DNA of 43,434 bases from Tepidisphaeraceae bacterium (GCA_041482675.1 JBGPEF010000001.1:1-43434), one strand, 5' to 3'. Shown: positions 7,444-16,352, counted from the stretch's first letter. A program made the numbers and translations. Notes: generated from the sequence alone by a model not told the origin.

Positions 7444-8699
7444 GCATTGTGCGGGATTTTGCATTGCGCGAGTTGGATGGGCGGCGGTTGCCGGGGTGGC
7501 CGTTGCATACGTTGAAATCGAGGGGGAAGCCCCAGGAGTTGGAGGGGAAGGATCGGGGGTTGTCACATCAGATAGTAATTGGGGTGATTAAGAATCTGCT
7601 GCATTTGCAGTGGCTGATGGAGGAGTTTTCGGGCCGGTCGCGCAAGAGCATGGAGCCGCTGGTGCAGAAGATTCTGGCGGTGGGGATTTATCAGATTCGG
7701 TTTCTGGATCGTGTGCCGGCGTCGGCGGCAGTTCATGAGGCGGTGGAGCAGACGAAACGGTTTGGTCAAAAGAAGGCGGGGGGGTTTGTGAATGCGGTTT
7801 TGAGAAAGACAGCGCGGGGGCCGATGCCGGTGGGGCCGGATCGCTTTGCGGAGCCGCAGGAGTTTGCGCGGGTGATGTTGTCGCATCCGGTGGAGGTATA
7901 TCGGAGGCTGGAGGAGATGGTGGGGGCGGAGCGGGCGCTGTTGATTTGCGAGCACGACAATCGGGAGCCGCCGGTGATCGTGAGGTGGATTGGCGGGGAG
8001 TTGCGCGCGGAGGGGGTGGAGATTCGGCCGCATGAGCGGGAGGGGATGTTTGTGGTGGAGGGCGCGAATGTGGCTGTGTTGGCGGAGTGGGCGCGGCGGG
8101 GGATTGCGCAGGTGCAGGATGCGACGGCGGCGGAGGTGGTGAGCAGGCTGGGGATTGTGAAGGGGGAGGCGGTGTTGGATCGATGTTGTGGAATGGGGAC
8201 CAAGACGATGCAGATGAGAGAAGCGGTGGGGGGAGAGGGGAGCGTGGTGGCGATGGACCCGTCGGAGGAGCGATGTGAGGTGCTGGAGAAAGTAGTGGCG
8301 GAGCGGGGGACGGCGAATGTGAAAGTGGTGCGGGCGGGGATGCTGGAGGAGGGGATGAGGTTCTCCAGAATTCTAGTGGATGCGCCGTGCAGTAACAGCG
8401 GCGTGCTGGCGCGGCGGGCGGAGGCGCGGTATGCGCAGGATGAGCAGACCCTGGCATCGCTGGCGCGGTTGCAGGATCGGATATTGGATGACAGTGCGCC
8501 GGCGCTGATGGGTGGGGGACGGATGGTTTACAGCACGTGCAGCATCTGGGCCCAGGAGAATTCGGAACGGGTCAAAGCGTTCCTGGGACGACATTTGGAT
8601 TATCGGATGGTGGAGGAAAAGCTCACTCTGCCGAGTGTGGATGAGGATCCGGTGAAATATCACGATGGAGGATACCGGGCAGTAGTGGAGAGGCGGTGA
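7440..8699 (+). CDS. rsmB: 16S rRNA (cytosine-C5) methyltransferase, RsmB/NOL1/NOP2/Sun family
   Basis: N-terminal NusB-like region (IGVIKNLLHLQWLM...ILAVGIYQIRFLDRVPASAAVHEAVEQTK). SAM fold: LDRCCGMGTKT. Catalytic Cys motifs: ILVDAPCSNSGVLARR and VYSTCSI. I place the start at GTG 7440, a GTGA overlap with the fmt stop. The track start at 7164 would overlap fmt by about 280 nt and encodes a Gly-rich shadow. Confidence 0.85.
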   Translation: MSIVRDFALRELDGRRLPGWPLHTLKSRGKPQELEGKDRGLSHQIVIGVIKNLLHLQWLMEEFSGRSRKSMEPLVQKILAVGIYQIRFLDRVPASAAVHEAVEQTKRFGQKKAGGFVNAVLRKTARGPMPVGPDRFAEPQEFARVMLSHPVEVYRRLEEMVGAERALLICEHDNREPPVIVRWIGGELRAEGVEIRPHEREGMFVVEGANVAVLAEWARRGIAQVQDATAAEVVSRLGIVKGEAVLDRCCGMGTKTMQMREAVGGEGSVVAMDPSEERCEVLEKVVAERGTANVKVVRAGMLEEGMRFSRILVDAPCSNSGVLARRAEARYAQDEQTLASLARLQDRILDDSAPALMGGGRMVYSTCSIWAQENSERVKAFLGRHLDYRMVEEKLTLPSVDEDPVKYHDGGYRAVVERR

Positions 8700-9037
8700 T
8701 TGTTGGCCGATGAGCATTCCTTATGCAATATGTAGCCATGATGGTGGGCGTTTGGGGAGCCTGGGTGGTCGTGCGAGTCATCGCTTCGGAGCGGGAATCA
8801 CGAATGCGGGGGGTTCATGATGCGATGATGCCGCGGTCGGAAGCGGCAGGCACTCCCAAAGCCGGCAAGTAAATCAGACACCGGCTGGAGGGCGTGGGCA
8901 TGCGAGGATGCCTACCCATGCAACCCAGGGGCACTGGCAGGCAAGCTGCCGGTGACACTATCGGTGTCAACATGGGACGAATGTAGGGGCGTTGGGGGTT
9001 AAGCAGACTACTTTGCGCGTCGATTAGATGAGGGCGG

Positions 9038-10735
9038 TTGCCGCCCATGCGCATGTTGTCTGTCAACGCTTCAACTTCAAGTCCGTACACACTGCGCCCA
9101 TCGCCGTGGCGTCAGTTTTTGGCCGAGATCGGGTTGCAGGGGAAGCTGATTCTGGCGTTCAGCCTGCTGTTGATGATCGGGCTGTCGTGCAGCTCGTGGA
9201 TGTTCGTGAAGAAGAGCCGCGAGACGCTGGAGGACATCCTGGGGGAGCAGGCGCGGCAGATTTCGCAGACCCTGGCGATGGCGGCCGCTTCTCCGTATGC
9301 GAGCAATGACATTGATGAGCTCAAGCGGCTGGGGAAAGAGCTGCTCAAGGGGCGGAACCTGGTGCTGGTGGGATTTTTTGATGCGAATGGACGTTCATTG
9401 GCGGTGGAGTGCCGCGATCCTGAGTTTGCGATGCAGCGGATGGTGGGATCGGAAGCAACTGGGGCGGCCACGCGTGATTTGATGCAGGTGCGGCAGCGAT
9501 TTTATCCGACGCTGGGATCGTTTTTGCAGATCAACGCGCCGGTGTTTGACATGCAGCGCAAAGGCGGGGATGGGCCGAAGTTGCTGGGGTATTTGACGAT
9601 CGGGATTTCGCAGAACTCGGAAGAGGCGCAGCTTCAGCGGGTGAGTTTGCTGGGTGTGGGGGTGGGGTGCGTGATTTTTGTGCTGAGTCTGCCGCTGGCG
9701 TCGGGGCTGGTACACCGGATTTTTTTGCCAATCCGGTCACTGGTGACGGCGACGAACCGGATCGCCAACGGGGATTATGGCGCGCAGGTGGACACGAACC
9801 GGCCGGATGAGATTGGAATGCTGGCGCGCTCGTTCAACGAGATGGTGCTGCGGATTCGGGAGCATCAGCGGCAGCTTCGGGTGGCCAACGAGAGCTTGGC
9901 GGAGGCGAACCGGGGGCTGGAGGAGAAGGTCAAGCAGCGGACGCGCGAATTGGAACATTCGAACGTGCGGCTCTCGGCGGAGATCGCGGAGAAGGAGGAT
10001 TTCCTGCGGGCGGTGTCGCATGACCTGAATGCGCCGCTGCGGAACATCAGCGGAATGGCGGCGATGCTGCTGATCAAGTATCGGGAGCGGTTTGATGAGG
10101 ACATCATTCACCGGCTGGAGCGGATTCGGAAGAACGTGGAGATGGAGACGGATTTGATTGCGGAGCTGCTGGAGCTTTCGCGCATTAAGACGCGGCGGCA
10201 GAAGATGGAGGCGGTGGACATCGGGTCGCTGGTCAATGATCTGCGGGATGTGTTTGAGAACGATCTGAAGCAGAGGCAGATTGCGCTGGTGGTGGAAAGC
10301 GGGCTGCCGGTGCTGATGTGCGAGAAGGCGCGGATGCGGCAGGTGTTTCAGAACCTGATCGACAATGCGATCAAATACATGGGCGAGGGGTCAGCGCGGG
10401 AGATCGGGATCAGCCATCGGGTTTTCGAGGAGGGGGTGGAATTTCAGGTGCGGGATACGGGGATCGGGATCGATCCGGAGGATTTGCCCAAGGTGTTTTA
10501 CATTTTCCGCCGGGGGAAGAACACGGCGGACGTGAAGGGCAAGGGTGTGGGCCTGGCGAGCGTGAAGAGCATTATTGAGACGTACGACGGGCGGATCTGG
10601 GTGCAGAGCGAAGTCGGACAGGGGAGCACATTCCGGGTCACCATGGCCACGAAGTTCGTGCCGGCGCTTGGAGGCAATCGGAAAGCGAGCGAGGGTGAGG
10701 CTGATGAGCTGGCGAAAGAAGCTGTTGCATCGTGA
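9038..10735 (+). CDS. Sensor histidine kinase (2 TM, periplasmic sensor, HAMP, coiled coil, HisKA, HATPase_c)
   Basis: TM segments LILAFSLLLMIGLSCSSWMFV and LLGVGVGCVIFVLSLPLASGLV. HAMP: IANGDYGAQVDTNRPDEIGMLARSFNEMV. H-box: FLRAVSHDLNAPLRNI. N/G boxes: QNLIDNAIKY, RDTGIGI, GKGVGLA. Confidence 0.92.
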   Translation: MPPMRMLSVNASTSSPYTLRPSPWRQFLAEIGLQGKLILAFSLLLMIGLSCSSWMFVKKSRETLEDILGEQARQISQTLAMAAASPYASNDIDELKRLGKELLKGRNLVLVGFFDANGRSLAVECRDPEFAMQRMVGSEATGAATRDLMQVRQRFYPTLGSFLQINAPVFDMQRKGGDGPKLLGYLTIGISQNSEEAQLQRVSLLGVGVGCVIFVLSLPLASGLVHRIFLPIRSLVTATNRIANGDYGAQVDTNRPDEIGMLARSFNEMVLRIREHQRQLRVANESLAEANRGLEEKVKQRTRELEHSNVRLSAEIAEKEDFLRAVSHDLNAPLRNISGMAAMLLIKYRERFDEDIIHRLERIRKNVEMETDLIAELLELSRIKTRRQKMEAVDIGSLVNDLRDVFENDLKQRQIALVVESGLPVLMCEKARMRQVFQNLIDNAIKYMGEGSAREIGISHRVFEEGVEFQVRDTGIGIDPEDLPKVFYIFRRGKNTADVKGKGVGLASVKSIIETYDGRIWVQSEVGQGSTFRVTMATKFVPALGGNRKASEGEADELAKEAVAS

Positions 10736-11253
10736 CGATGGAAGACGTGGAGAGAGGAATAGTTATGTCAAAGATCGAAGTCATCAACATCCTGCTGGTG
10801 GATGACGATGAGGATTGTCGGTTCCTGATCAAGGAAGCGATTGCGGAGTGCAAGATCCTCAACAACGTCTGCGAGGTGCCGGATGGGAAGAGCGCGCTGG
10901 ATTTCGTGTTCAGGCGCGGCCAGTACGCCAATGCGCCGCGGCCGGGCTTGATTTATCTGGACATCGAGATGCCGGGGATGAACGGGCAGGAAGTGCTGCG
11001 GATCATCAAGAGCACGCCGGAGCTGCGGGACATTCCGGTGGTGATGATGACGGGTGTCGCGGATGAGGCGCAGATGGAGCGGGCAGCGCAGAACGGCGCG
11101 AACAGTTACACGCTGAAGCCGGCCAACGCGGAGCAGTTTTTGAGGACGGTTTTGGACAGCACGAACTACTGGATGAAGATTCATCAGTACCCGGACCATC
11201 ATTTGCCGCCGAATCAATGCAGGAGAGAAGCGGGAGCGGCGGGTCGGGGTTAA
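10732..11253 (+). CDS. Response regulator, receiver domain only
   Basis: ILLVDDDEDCRFL...IYLDIEMPGMNG...PVVMMTG...SYTLKP are the receiver D/D/T/K positions. GTG 10732 overlaps the kinase stop (GTGA). Alternative starts are ATG 10738 or ATG 10765 (MSKIEV). Confidence 0.85.
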   Translation: MTMEDVERGIVMSKIEVINILLVDDDEDCRFLIKEAIAECKILNNVCEVPDGKSALDFVFRRGQYANAPRPGLIYLDIEMPGMNGQEVLRIIKSTPELRDIPVVMMTGVADEAQMERAAQNGANSYTLKPANAEQFLRTVLDSTNYWMKIHQYPDHHLPPNQCRREAGAAGRG

Positions 11254-11264
11254 CGGCGTTGTAG

Positions 11265-12293
11265 ATGGCATTTGGGCCCAGAAGTGCGACTGGAGTGAAC
11301 ACGGTGGCGATGCTGAAGCTGCTGATTATCGAGGATGACCCGGACCAGCGTGATCTCATGCGCGAGACGCTGGAGGACCACTTTGGAAAAGGGTGCGTGA
11401 CGGCCGTGGGGACCTACCGGGAGGCGATGGCCCTGGATGCGGGATCGTACGATTTGATTCTCTGCGACTACAACCTGCCGGATGGGAGCGGGATGGATGT
11501 GCTGGAGGAGTACGTCAAGCATTCTTCGACGCCGGTGCTGATGGTGACGGGGGAAAACGTAGGGCCGATCGCGGCGGAGGCGGTGAGGAGGGGAGCGAGC
11601 GACTACGTGGTGAAGCTGGGGGAGTATCTGTTCACGATTCCGCTGGTGGTGGAAAAGAATCTGACGCTGGCGAAGATCAAGAGAGAAAACGAATCGCTGC
11701 GACGGGAACTGGAGCGGGCGCTGGCGGAGGTGCGGGACAAGAATGCGCAGTTGCAGCAGTCGCTGCGGCGGGTGGAGGAACTGGCGGCGACGGACCCGCT
11801 GACGGGGCTATATAACCGGCGGCACTTCAGTCAGTTGCTCGAGCAACTGTTCGCGGAGACGCAGCGATATGACAATGATCTCTCGTGCGTCATGATCGAC
11901 CTGGATGGGTATAAGGTGCTGAACGACACCTACGGACATCAAGTGGGGGATCAGCTTTTGATGCTGGCGGGGAAAGTTGTGCTGGCGAACATGCGGCGGA
12001 TGGACGTGGCAGCGCGGTATGGGGGCGATGAGTTTGTGCTCCTGCTGCCGCACGCGGGGGATGCGGAGGCGACGGGGGTGGCGCAGAGAATTCGGGAAGA
12101 GTTTCGAGTTTCATCGGCAGCGCTGCTGAAGCGGGACAAGGGCGTGACGATGTCGGCGGGGGTGGCTTCGCGATGCACGCAGAAGCCGCCGCATGCGGAT
12201 CAGCTTGTGGCGATGGCCGATGCGGCGCTCTACAAGGCGAAAGAGGCGGGGCGGGATTGCACGAGCGTTTCAGCGCAGATCATCAATGGTTGA
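11265..12293 (+). CDS. Response regulator with a GGDEF output domain (diguanylate cyclase, PleD/WspR-like)
   Basis: Receiver: LLIIEDDPDQR...LILCDYNLPDGSG. Coiled-coil linker. GGDEF domain: DPLTGLYNRRHF...DLDGYKVLNDTYGHQVGD...ARYGGDEFVLLLP. The true start may be ATG 11310 (MLKLLIIEDD). Confidence 0.9.
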   Translation: MAFGPRSATGVNTVAMLKLLIIEDDPDQRDLMRETLEDHFGKGCVTAVGTYREAMALDAGSYDLILCDYNLPDGSGMDVLEEYVKHSSTPVLMVTGENVGPIAAEAVRRGASDYVVKLGEYLFTIPLVVEKNLTLAKIKRENESLRRELERALAEVRDKNAQLQQSLRRVEELAATDPLTGLYNRRHFSQLLEQLFAETQRYDNDLSCVMIDLDGYKVLNDTYGHQVGDQLLMLAGKVVLANMRRMDVAARYGGDEFVLLLPHAGDAEATGVAQRIREEFRVSSAALLKRDKGVTMSAGVASRCTQKPPHADQLVAMADAALYKAKEAGRDCTSVSAQIING

Positions 12294-12300
12294 ACCAGAG

Positions 12301-12326
12301 AAGCCCCGCATATACATGCGGGGTTC
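12301..12326. terminator. Hairpin between the convergent GGDEF and Crp genes (bidirectional terminator candidate)
   Basis: CCCCGCAT-atac-ATGCGGGG (12304..12323) lies in the 41-nt gap between the two stop codons. Confidence 0.6.
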
Positions 12327-12334
12327 CAGGAAGA

Positions 12335-13012
12335 TTATTCCTCTTTCGAATCGCGCAGGGCCTGGGGGTGGAAAGTCAGTTGGTTGCGGCCGGTGCGGAG
12401 GAGGTTGCGGCGGCGGAGCTGGGCGAGGGCGAGGGAGATGGTTTCGCGGGCGACGCCGACTTTCTGGGCCAACTGCTGGTGGGTGATGTGGACCACCACG
12501 CCGTCACCGGAGGGAGAGGCGGCGGGGGAGTCGCTGAGGTGGACGAGGGTGCGGATCAGGCGGTGATTGCAATCGTCAAAAACCAGGCCAGAGGCATCTT
12601 CGCGGAAGGCGGTGAGCTTGGTGGCGAGCTGCTTGATGAGTTCCAGGGCCATGGCCGGCTCGTGAGCGAGGTGAGCGAAGAGGCGCTCGCTGGAAATGAT
12701 GGAGAGGGTGGTGGGAGCGACGGCCTCGGCGGCCTCGCCGTATTCCTCGAGGCGCGCCAGGGCGGCAGCGCCGCACCATCCGTTGACGCCGAGGATCTCA
12801 ACCAGCCGCCGTGAGCCGGTGGGGGCGACTTGATAAGTTCGCACCTGGCCGTGACGGATAAAATAGACGTTTCGGGCTGGATCGCCCGGCTGATAGACGA
12901 CCGCCTTGGCGGGAACCTGAAGCCGATGAGCTTGAAGGGCCGGCTCCCGCAAGAGAGCGTTGAAGGGGGACTCGACCACCGGACGGGGTGAGGCGTATAG
13001 CTGCGTTGGCAT
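12335..13012 (-). CDS. Crp/Fnr-family transcriptional regulator (cNMP-binding domain plus C-terminal HTH)
   Basis: Beta-roll region: VVYQPGDPARNVYFIRHGQVRTYQVAPTGSRRLVEILGVNGWCG. C-terminal HTH: ITHQQLAQKVGVARETISLALAQLRRRNLL. Confidence 0.85.
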   Translation of the reverse strand: MPTQLYASPRPVVESPFNALLREPALQAHRLQVPAKAVVYQPGDPARNVYFIRHGQVRTYQVAPTGSRRLVEILGVNGWCGAAALARLEEYGEAAEAVAPTTLSIISSERLFAHLAHEPAMALELIKQLATKLTAFREDASGLVFDDCNHRLIRTLVHLSDSPAASPSGDGVVVHITHQQLAQKVGVARETISLALAQLRRRNLLRTGRNQLTFHPQALRDSKEE

Positions 13013-13048
13013 TGTGCACTCCTGCGCCGTTAAAACAAATTACAACAA

Positions 13049-13063
13049 CGGACGCGGCGTCCG
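13049..13063. promoter_or_regulatory. Perfect palindrome CGGACGC-g-GCGTCCG about 40 nt upstream of the Crp-family gene start
   Basis: Read directly. Its position fits an operator or a 5'-UTR hairpin. It does not match the classical CRP or FNR half-sites. Confidence 0.3.
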
Positions 13064-13144
13064 CATGCCTGCGTATTACGGATTCGTGAGTTATCAGTTC
13101 GGCAAAAGTGAGTCGCGGTACAAATCAATTATGATGCTGGCGGA

Positions 13145-13178
13145 GGGAAAAAGAAAGCCCCCGGCGTTGGCCGGGGGT
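13145..13178 (-). terminator. Rho-independent terminator of VPLPA-CTERM paralog 1
   Basis: CCCCCGGC-gttg-GCCGGGGG (13158..13177). On the minus strand it is followed by CTTTCTTTTT. Confidence 0.8.
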
Positions 13179-13200
13179 CTGGGTAAGTAAAAAAATATAA

Positions 13201-14016
13201 TCAGGCGGACTGGCGGCGGGAGCGGATTTTGGCCGCGCCGAGGAGGCCCATCAGAGTCAGGCCGGCCCAAACCGAAGCGGGGAGTGGGACGGTCGAGGGC
13301 GGATTTGTGCCCTGACGAACTGCCCACTCTTCAAATCCGGCGTCGCTGGCATCGGGGGTGCCAAATTTTGAATAGAGGTAGACGTAGGGGCCTGCGCCGA
13401 CGAAGAGACTGTTCTTCACGTAGGCGAACATGTCGCCCGAGCCGCTGCCGGAGGCCTGAGAGTAATCCATGCGGACGAGCTGGTCGCCGCTGGGCCCACT
13501 GTCCAGGTCATAAACCAGATTGGTGGTGGCGCTGCCCGGGGTGGAGAACGTCATGGTGGTCCTGTTGAAGCCGGTCAGGACGTTGGTGGTCGAGAGATAG
13601 ACCTGGAACTCGTTCATGGAGAGGAATCGCCCCTGGGCACTATTGGTCTCGTTGATATCGAGAAGGAATTCGCGGTACTGCACACCACCGATGGTGACGA
13701 TGGGGACCTGCGACAGGGTGATGGAGTGGGTCCAGTTCTGGCCGGTGTGGTCCTTGGTATCGAACTCGATGGGGCCGTCGGTGTTGTAGCCTTCTTCGGT
13801 CGGCTTGGCCTGAATCCGCACGAACGGCTGGATGACGCCAGTGCCGGTGGGCTGGATGTCGGTGCTGTAGAACAGGCCGCCGTTGCCGGCGTTCTGTGGA
13901 CTGCTGGTTGCCAGATCCAGCGTGACTTCGGCGTTGGCTCGCGAAGCACTGAAGATCGCCGCGGCCGCGATGGCGGCGGCCAGCGTGGTGGTCCGAGCTA
14001 CTCGTGGGAATCTCAT
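13201..14016 (-). CDS. Secreted protein of unknown function with a VPLPA-CTERM (PEP-CTERM variant) sorting domain; paralog 1 of 3
   Basis: Signal peptide: MRFPRVARTTTLAAAIAAAAIFSASRANA. Conserved core shared with the next two genes: GTGVIQPFVRI...EEGYNTDGP.EFD...FLLDINE...GSGSGDMFAYV...YVYLYSKFG...GFEEWA. C-terminus VPLPASVWAGLTLMGLLGAAKIRSRRQSA has the motif, a TM helix and a basic tail. Confidence 0.85.
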   Translation of the reverse strand: MRFPRVARTTTLAAAIAAAAIFSASRANAEVTLDLATSSPQNAGNGGLFYSTDIQPTGTGVIQPFVRIQAKPTEEGYNTDGPIEFDTKDHTGQNWTHSITLSQVPIVTIGGVQYREFLLDINETNSAQGRFLSMNEFQVYLSTTNVLTGFNRTTMTFSTPGSATTNLVYDLDSGPSGDQLVRMDYSQASGSGSGDMFAYVKNSLFVGAGPYVYLYSKFGTPDASDAGFEEWAVRQGTNPPSTVPLPASVWAGLTLMGLLGAAKIRSRRQSA

Positions 14017-14152
14017 ACTGACTCAATTCTCATCAGGCATGACAACATCGAGAGCGCTGGAGAATGGAAGGAGCGGACCCCTACCAGTAGCGCACTTGTT
14101 TTCAGGGAGTTTTTAACTGCCTGGTGCAGTGATTTTTTCCTGGCGGCGTTGG

Positions 14153-14177
14153 TCTGGATGGCCTTGTAACATCCAGA
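14153..14177 (-). promoter_or_regulatory. Conserved leader hairpin upstream of paralog 1 (TCTGGATG - 9 nt - CATCCAGA)
   Basis: 8-bp perfect stem with loop GCCTTGTAA. It lies 137 nt upstream of the start codon at 14016. Its homolog is at 15263..15288. Confidence 0.55.
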
Positions 14178-14280
14178 TGCGTTTCGATCGCCAGGAGCCC
14201 TCTACGCCCTTAATATGCGCTGGAAACTGTGAAAGTCAAAGTAATTAGAATCGCGGGAGTGGGGTCGGATACTCGGGTGA

Positions 14281-14319
14281 AAAAAAAGAAAAGCCCCCGG
14301 CGGATGCCGAGGGCTTTTT
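14281..14319 (-). terminator. Rho-independent terminator of VPLPA-CTERM paralog 2, homologous to the one at 13145..13178
   Basis: AGCCCCCGGC-ggat-GCCGAGGGCT (14292..14315, one mismatch). It is flanked by an A-run on the left and a T-run on the right. The minus strand reads stem plus TTTTCTTTTTTTT. Confidence 0.8.
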
Positions 14320-14333
14320 GATTCGAGACACGA

Positions 14334-15125
14334 TTAAGCAGACTGACGGCGGGAGCGAATCTTGGCCGCGCCGATCACGCCGAGCAGGGCGAGTCCGCCC
14401 CACACGGAGGCCGGGAGGGGGACGCCGGAGGGGGTGTTGGGGCCGACGACGGCCGCCCATTCCTCGTACCCGTCGTTGTTGTTGTTGGTCACTCCAAAGT
14501 TGGAGTAGAGGTAGACGTACTTGTTGGTCCCGGTGAACTTGGACACGGGGATGAAGGCGTACATGTCACCCGAGCCGCTGCCGTGGTTGAGGTTGTAATC
14601 CAGCAGGATGCCGTTGTCGGAGGTGGCGTCGATGTCGTAGACCGGGGTGGAGTTGGCGCCGAAACCGCTGCCGGGTGTGAAGCCCAGGAGATTGGGGGCG
14701 TTGCCGAGGTAGATCTCAAGCTCGTTGAGATTGAGCAGCGGATCAGAGCCCTGCTGATTGATGTCGAGCAGGAACTGATAGTACGACACGCCGGCCACGG
14801 TCACCGCCTGGAGGTCGGCGACGGGCAGTGAGCGGGTGAACGTGGGGCTGCTATTCTCGTCGAACTGGAGCGGCCGGCCGTCGGTGTTGTAGCCGCGTTC
14901 GGTGTCGGTATTGGTGTTGATGCGGACGAACGAGTGGATCACGCCAGAGCCGGTGGGCTGCTGGATGTTCGTGGTGAAGATGGCACTGTTGATGGTGCCA
15001 CTCTGAGGTACAGCGCCAGTAAGATCCAGAACCGTTTCAGCATTTGTCTTGGAAGCGCCAAGGGCGATTACTGCCACAGCGGCAGCGGCGAGTGCGGTTG
15101 ACCGCACAACTCTTCCCAATCTCAT
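14334..15125 (-). CDS. Secreted protein of unknown function with a VPLPA-CTERM sorting domain; paralog 2 of 3
   Basis: Start placed at ATG 15125 (MRLGRVVRSTALAAAAVAVIALGASKTNA) by alignment with paralog 1. The track start at 15191 adds 22 non-homologous residues. Core: GSGVIHSFVRI...ERGYNTDGRPLQFDENSSPTFTRS...FLLDINQQGSDPLLNLNELEIYLGNAPNLLGF...GSGSGDMYAFIP...YVYLYSNFG...NDGYEEWA. C-terminus: VPLPASVWGGLALLGVIGAAKIRSRRQSA. Confidence 0.85.
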   Translation of the reverse strand: MRLGRVVRSTALAAAAVAVIALGASKTNAETVLDLTGAVPQSGTINSAIFTTNIQQPTGSGVIHSFVRINTNTDTERGYNTDGRPLQFDENSSPTFTRSLPVADLQAVTVAGVSYYQFLLDINQQGSDPLLNLNELEIYLGNAPNLLGFTPGSGFGANSTPVYDIDATSDNGILLDYNLNHGSGSGDMYAFIPVSKFTGTNKYVYLYSNFGVTNNNNDGYEEWAAVVGPNTPSGVPLPASVWGGLALLGVIGAAKIRSRRQSA

Positions 15126-15262
15126 AAATTGCCTCTTTCTTTGAACCAGGCGTCTGAATCTGTCTTGCGCGTTGAAGCGGTGCAAACGCAACCGGACTCA
15201 TTCGCGCATTTTCTCGGGGTTTCTCCGCTGCACTCGCAGCGATTTACTTACCGGCAGCACCG

Positions 15263-15288
15263 GTTGGATGGCCTTGTCTACATCCAAC
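15263..15288 (-). promoter_or_regulatory. Conserved leader hairpin upstream of paralog 2 (GTTGGATG - 10 nt - CATCCAAC)
   Basis: 8-bp perfect stem with loop GCCTTGTCTA. It lies 138 nt upstream of the start codon at 15125. The two outer stem pairs differ from the copy at 14153 in a compensatory way. Confidence 0.55.
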
Positions 15289-15536
15289 GGCGATTCAGTA
15301 ACGCCGGTAGCCCTTACACGCGGTATTGTGGGCCGGAATTGATTGCGGGTCAAGAAAAATTATTTGGACGTGATTTGGGGAAGGGGAAGGGTGGGTTGAT
15401 AGGAGTTAAGTCGTTGTCTGTAAACGAGTAGAATCCTTATGCCTAATTGACGGGTTGAAGTGAAAAAGGCAAAAAATCGTATGAAATGTTGATGAGAGAG
15501 CATAATCCGAGGCGGGCAACCTTATCCAACTTAATA

Positions 15537-16352
15537 TTATCGCCCGTATGCGATGCAAAAACGGCGGGTGGGACGAATTCTGGCGGCAAGAAGGAGGAAC
15601 AGGAGCACAGTGGCGAGAAGGGATGAGGGCTCGGGGACGATGTTATTTGGACCTTCGATGGCGGCCCATTCTTCGAAGCCGTCGTTGTTGGCGTGGGGGA
15701 TGCCGAATTTGGAGTAGAGGTAGACGTTATTGTTGGGGCCGGTGAAGAGGCGCTTGGGGATGAAGGCGTACATATCGCCGGAGCCGCTGCCGGAATTGAG
15801 ATTGTAATTGAGGTCGATGGCATTGTCGGTGCCAAAATCGAGGTCATACACAAAGGTGGAATTGGCGCCGAAACCGGTGCCGCCGCCGGAGCGATTGGGG
15901 CTGTAGCTCAGCAGGTTGGGGGCATTTCCGAGATAAATTTCCACCTCGTTGAGCGTGAGCAGCGGATCGCTGGCCTGTTGATTGATGTCGAGGAGGAACT
16001 TGTAGTAATCCTCGTTGCCGACGGTGACGATCTTCATATCGCTGAGCTTCTGCGATCGTGTGAAGGTGGGGCTGTTGTTCTCGTCGAATTGCAAGGGCCG
16101 GCCGTCGGTGTTGTAGCCTTCGACAATGCTCTGATTGGCAGCGCTGACGCGGACGAAGGAGTGAATAACGCCGGTGCCGGCGGATTGCTGATCGGTGGTG
16201 GAGAAGATGGCGGAGTTGACGATGACGGTTCCACCGCCGGTGAGGTCGTGGATGACCTCGGGGGTCATGACAATGACAGCGCCATGGGCCAGCGCAGCAC
16301 CAAAGAGTGCAAACGCAATGCATACGGTCAGAAACGAATTTCTCCGAGACAT
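15537..16352 (-). CDS. Secreted protein of unknown function with a canonical PEP-CTERM sorting domain; paralog 3 of 3
   Basis: Start placed at ATG 16352 (MSRRNSFLTVCIAFALFGAALAHG), preceded by AGGGAG. The core is near-identical in blocks to paralog 2 (EGYNTDGRPLQFDENNSPTFTRS, FLLDINQQASDPLLTLNEVEIYLGNAPNLL, GSGSGDMYAFIP, VYLYSKFG, NDGFEEWA). C-terminus: VPEPSSLLATVLLFLLLAARIRPTRR. Confidence 0.85.
   Translation of the reverse strand: MSRRNSFLTVCIAFALFGAALAHGAVIVMTPEVIHDLTGGGTVIVNSAIFSTTDQQSAGTGVIHSFVRVSAANQSIVEGYNTDGRPLQFDENNSPTFTRSQKLSDMKIVTVGNEDYYKFLLDINQQASDPLLTLNEVEIYLGNAPNLLSYSPNRSGGGTGFGANSTFVYDLDFGTDNAIDLNYNLNSGSGSGDMYAFIPKRLFTGPNNNVYLYSKFGIPHANNDGFEEWAAIEGPNNIVPEPSSLLATVLLFLLLAARIRPTRRFCIAYGR

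Noticed and set aside
8935-8950. A sigma-54-like -24/-12 element, TGGCAG-gcaag-CTGCC, about 90 nt upstream of the histidine kinase gene
   Set aside because: GG and GC are correctly spaced, but flanking consensus positions mismatch. The sequence is itself a simple hairpin (GGCAG/CTGCC). No enhancer-binding protein is encoded nearby. The evidence is too weak to call.
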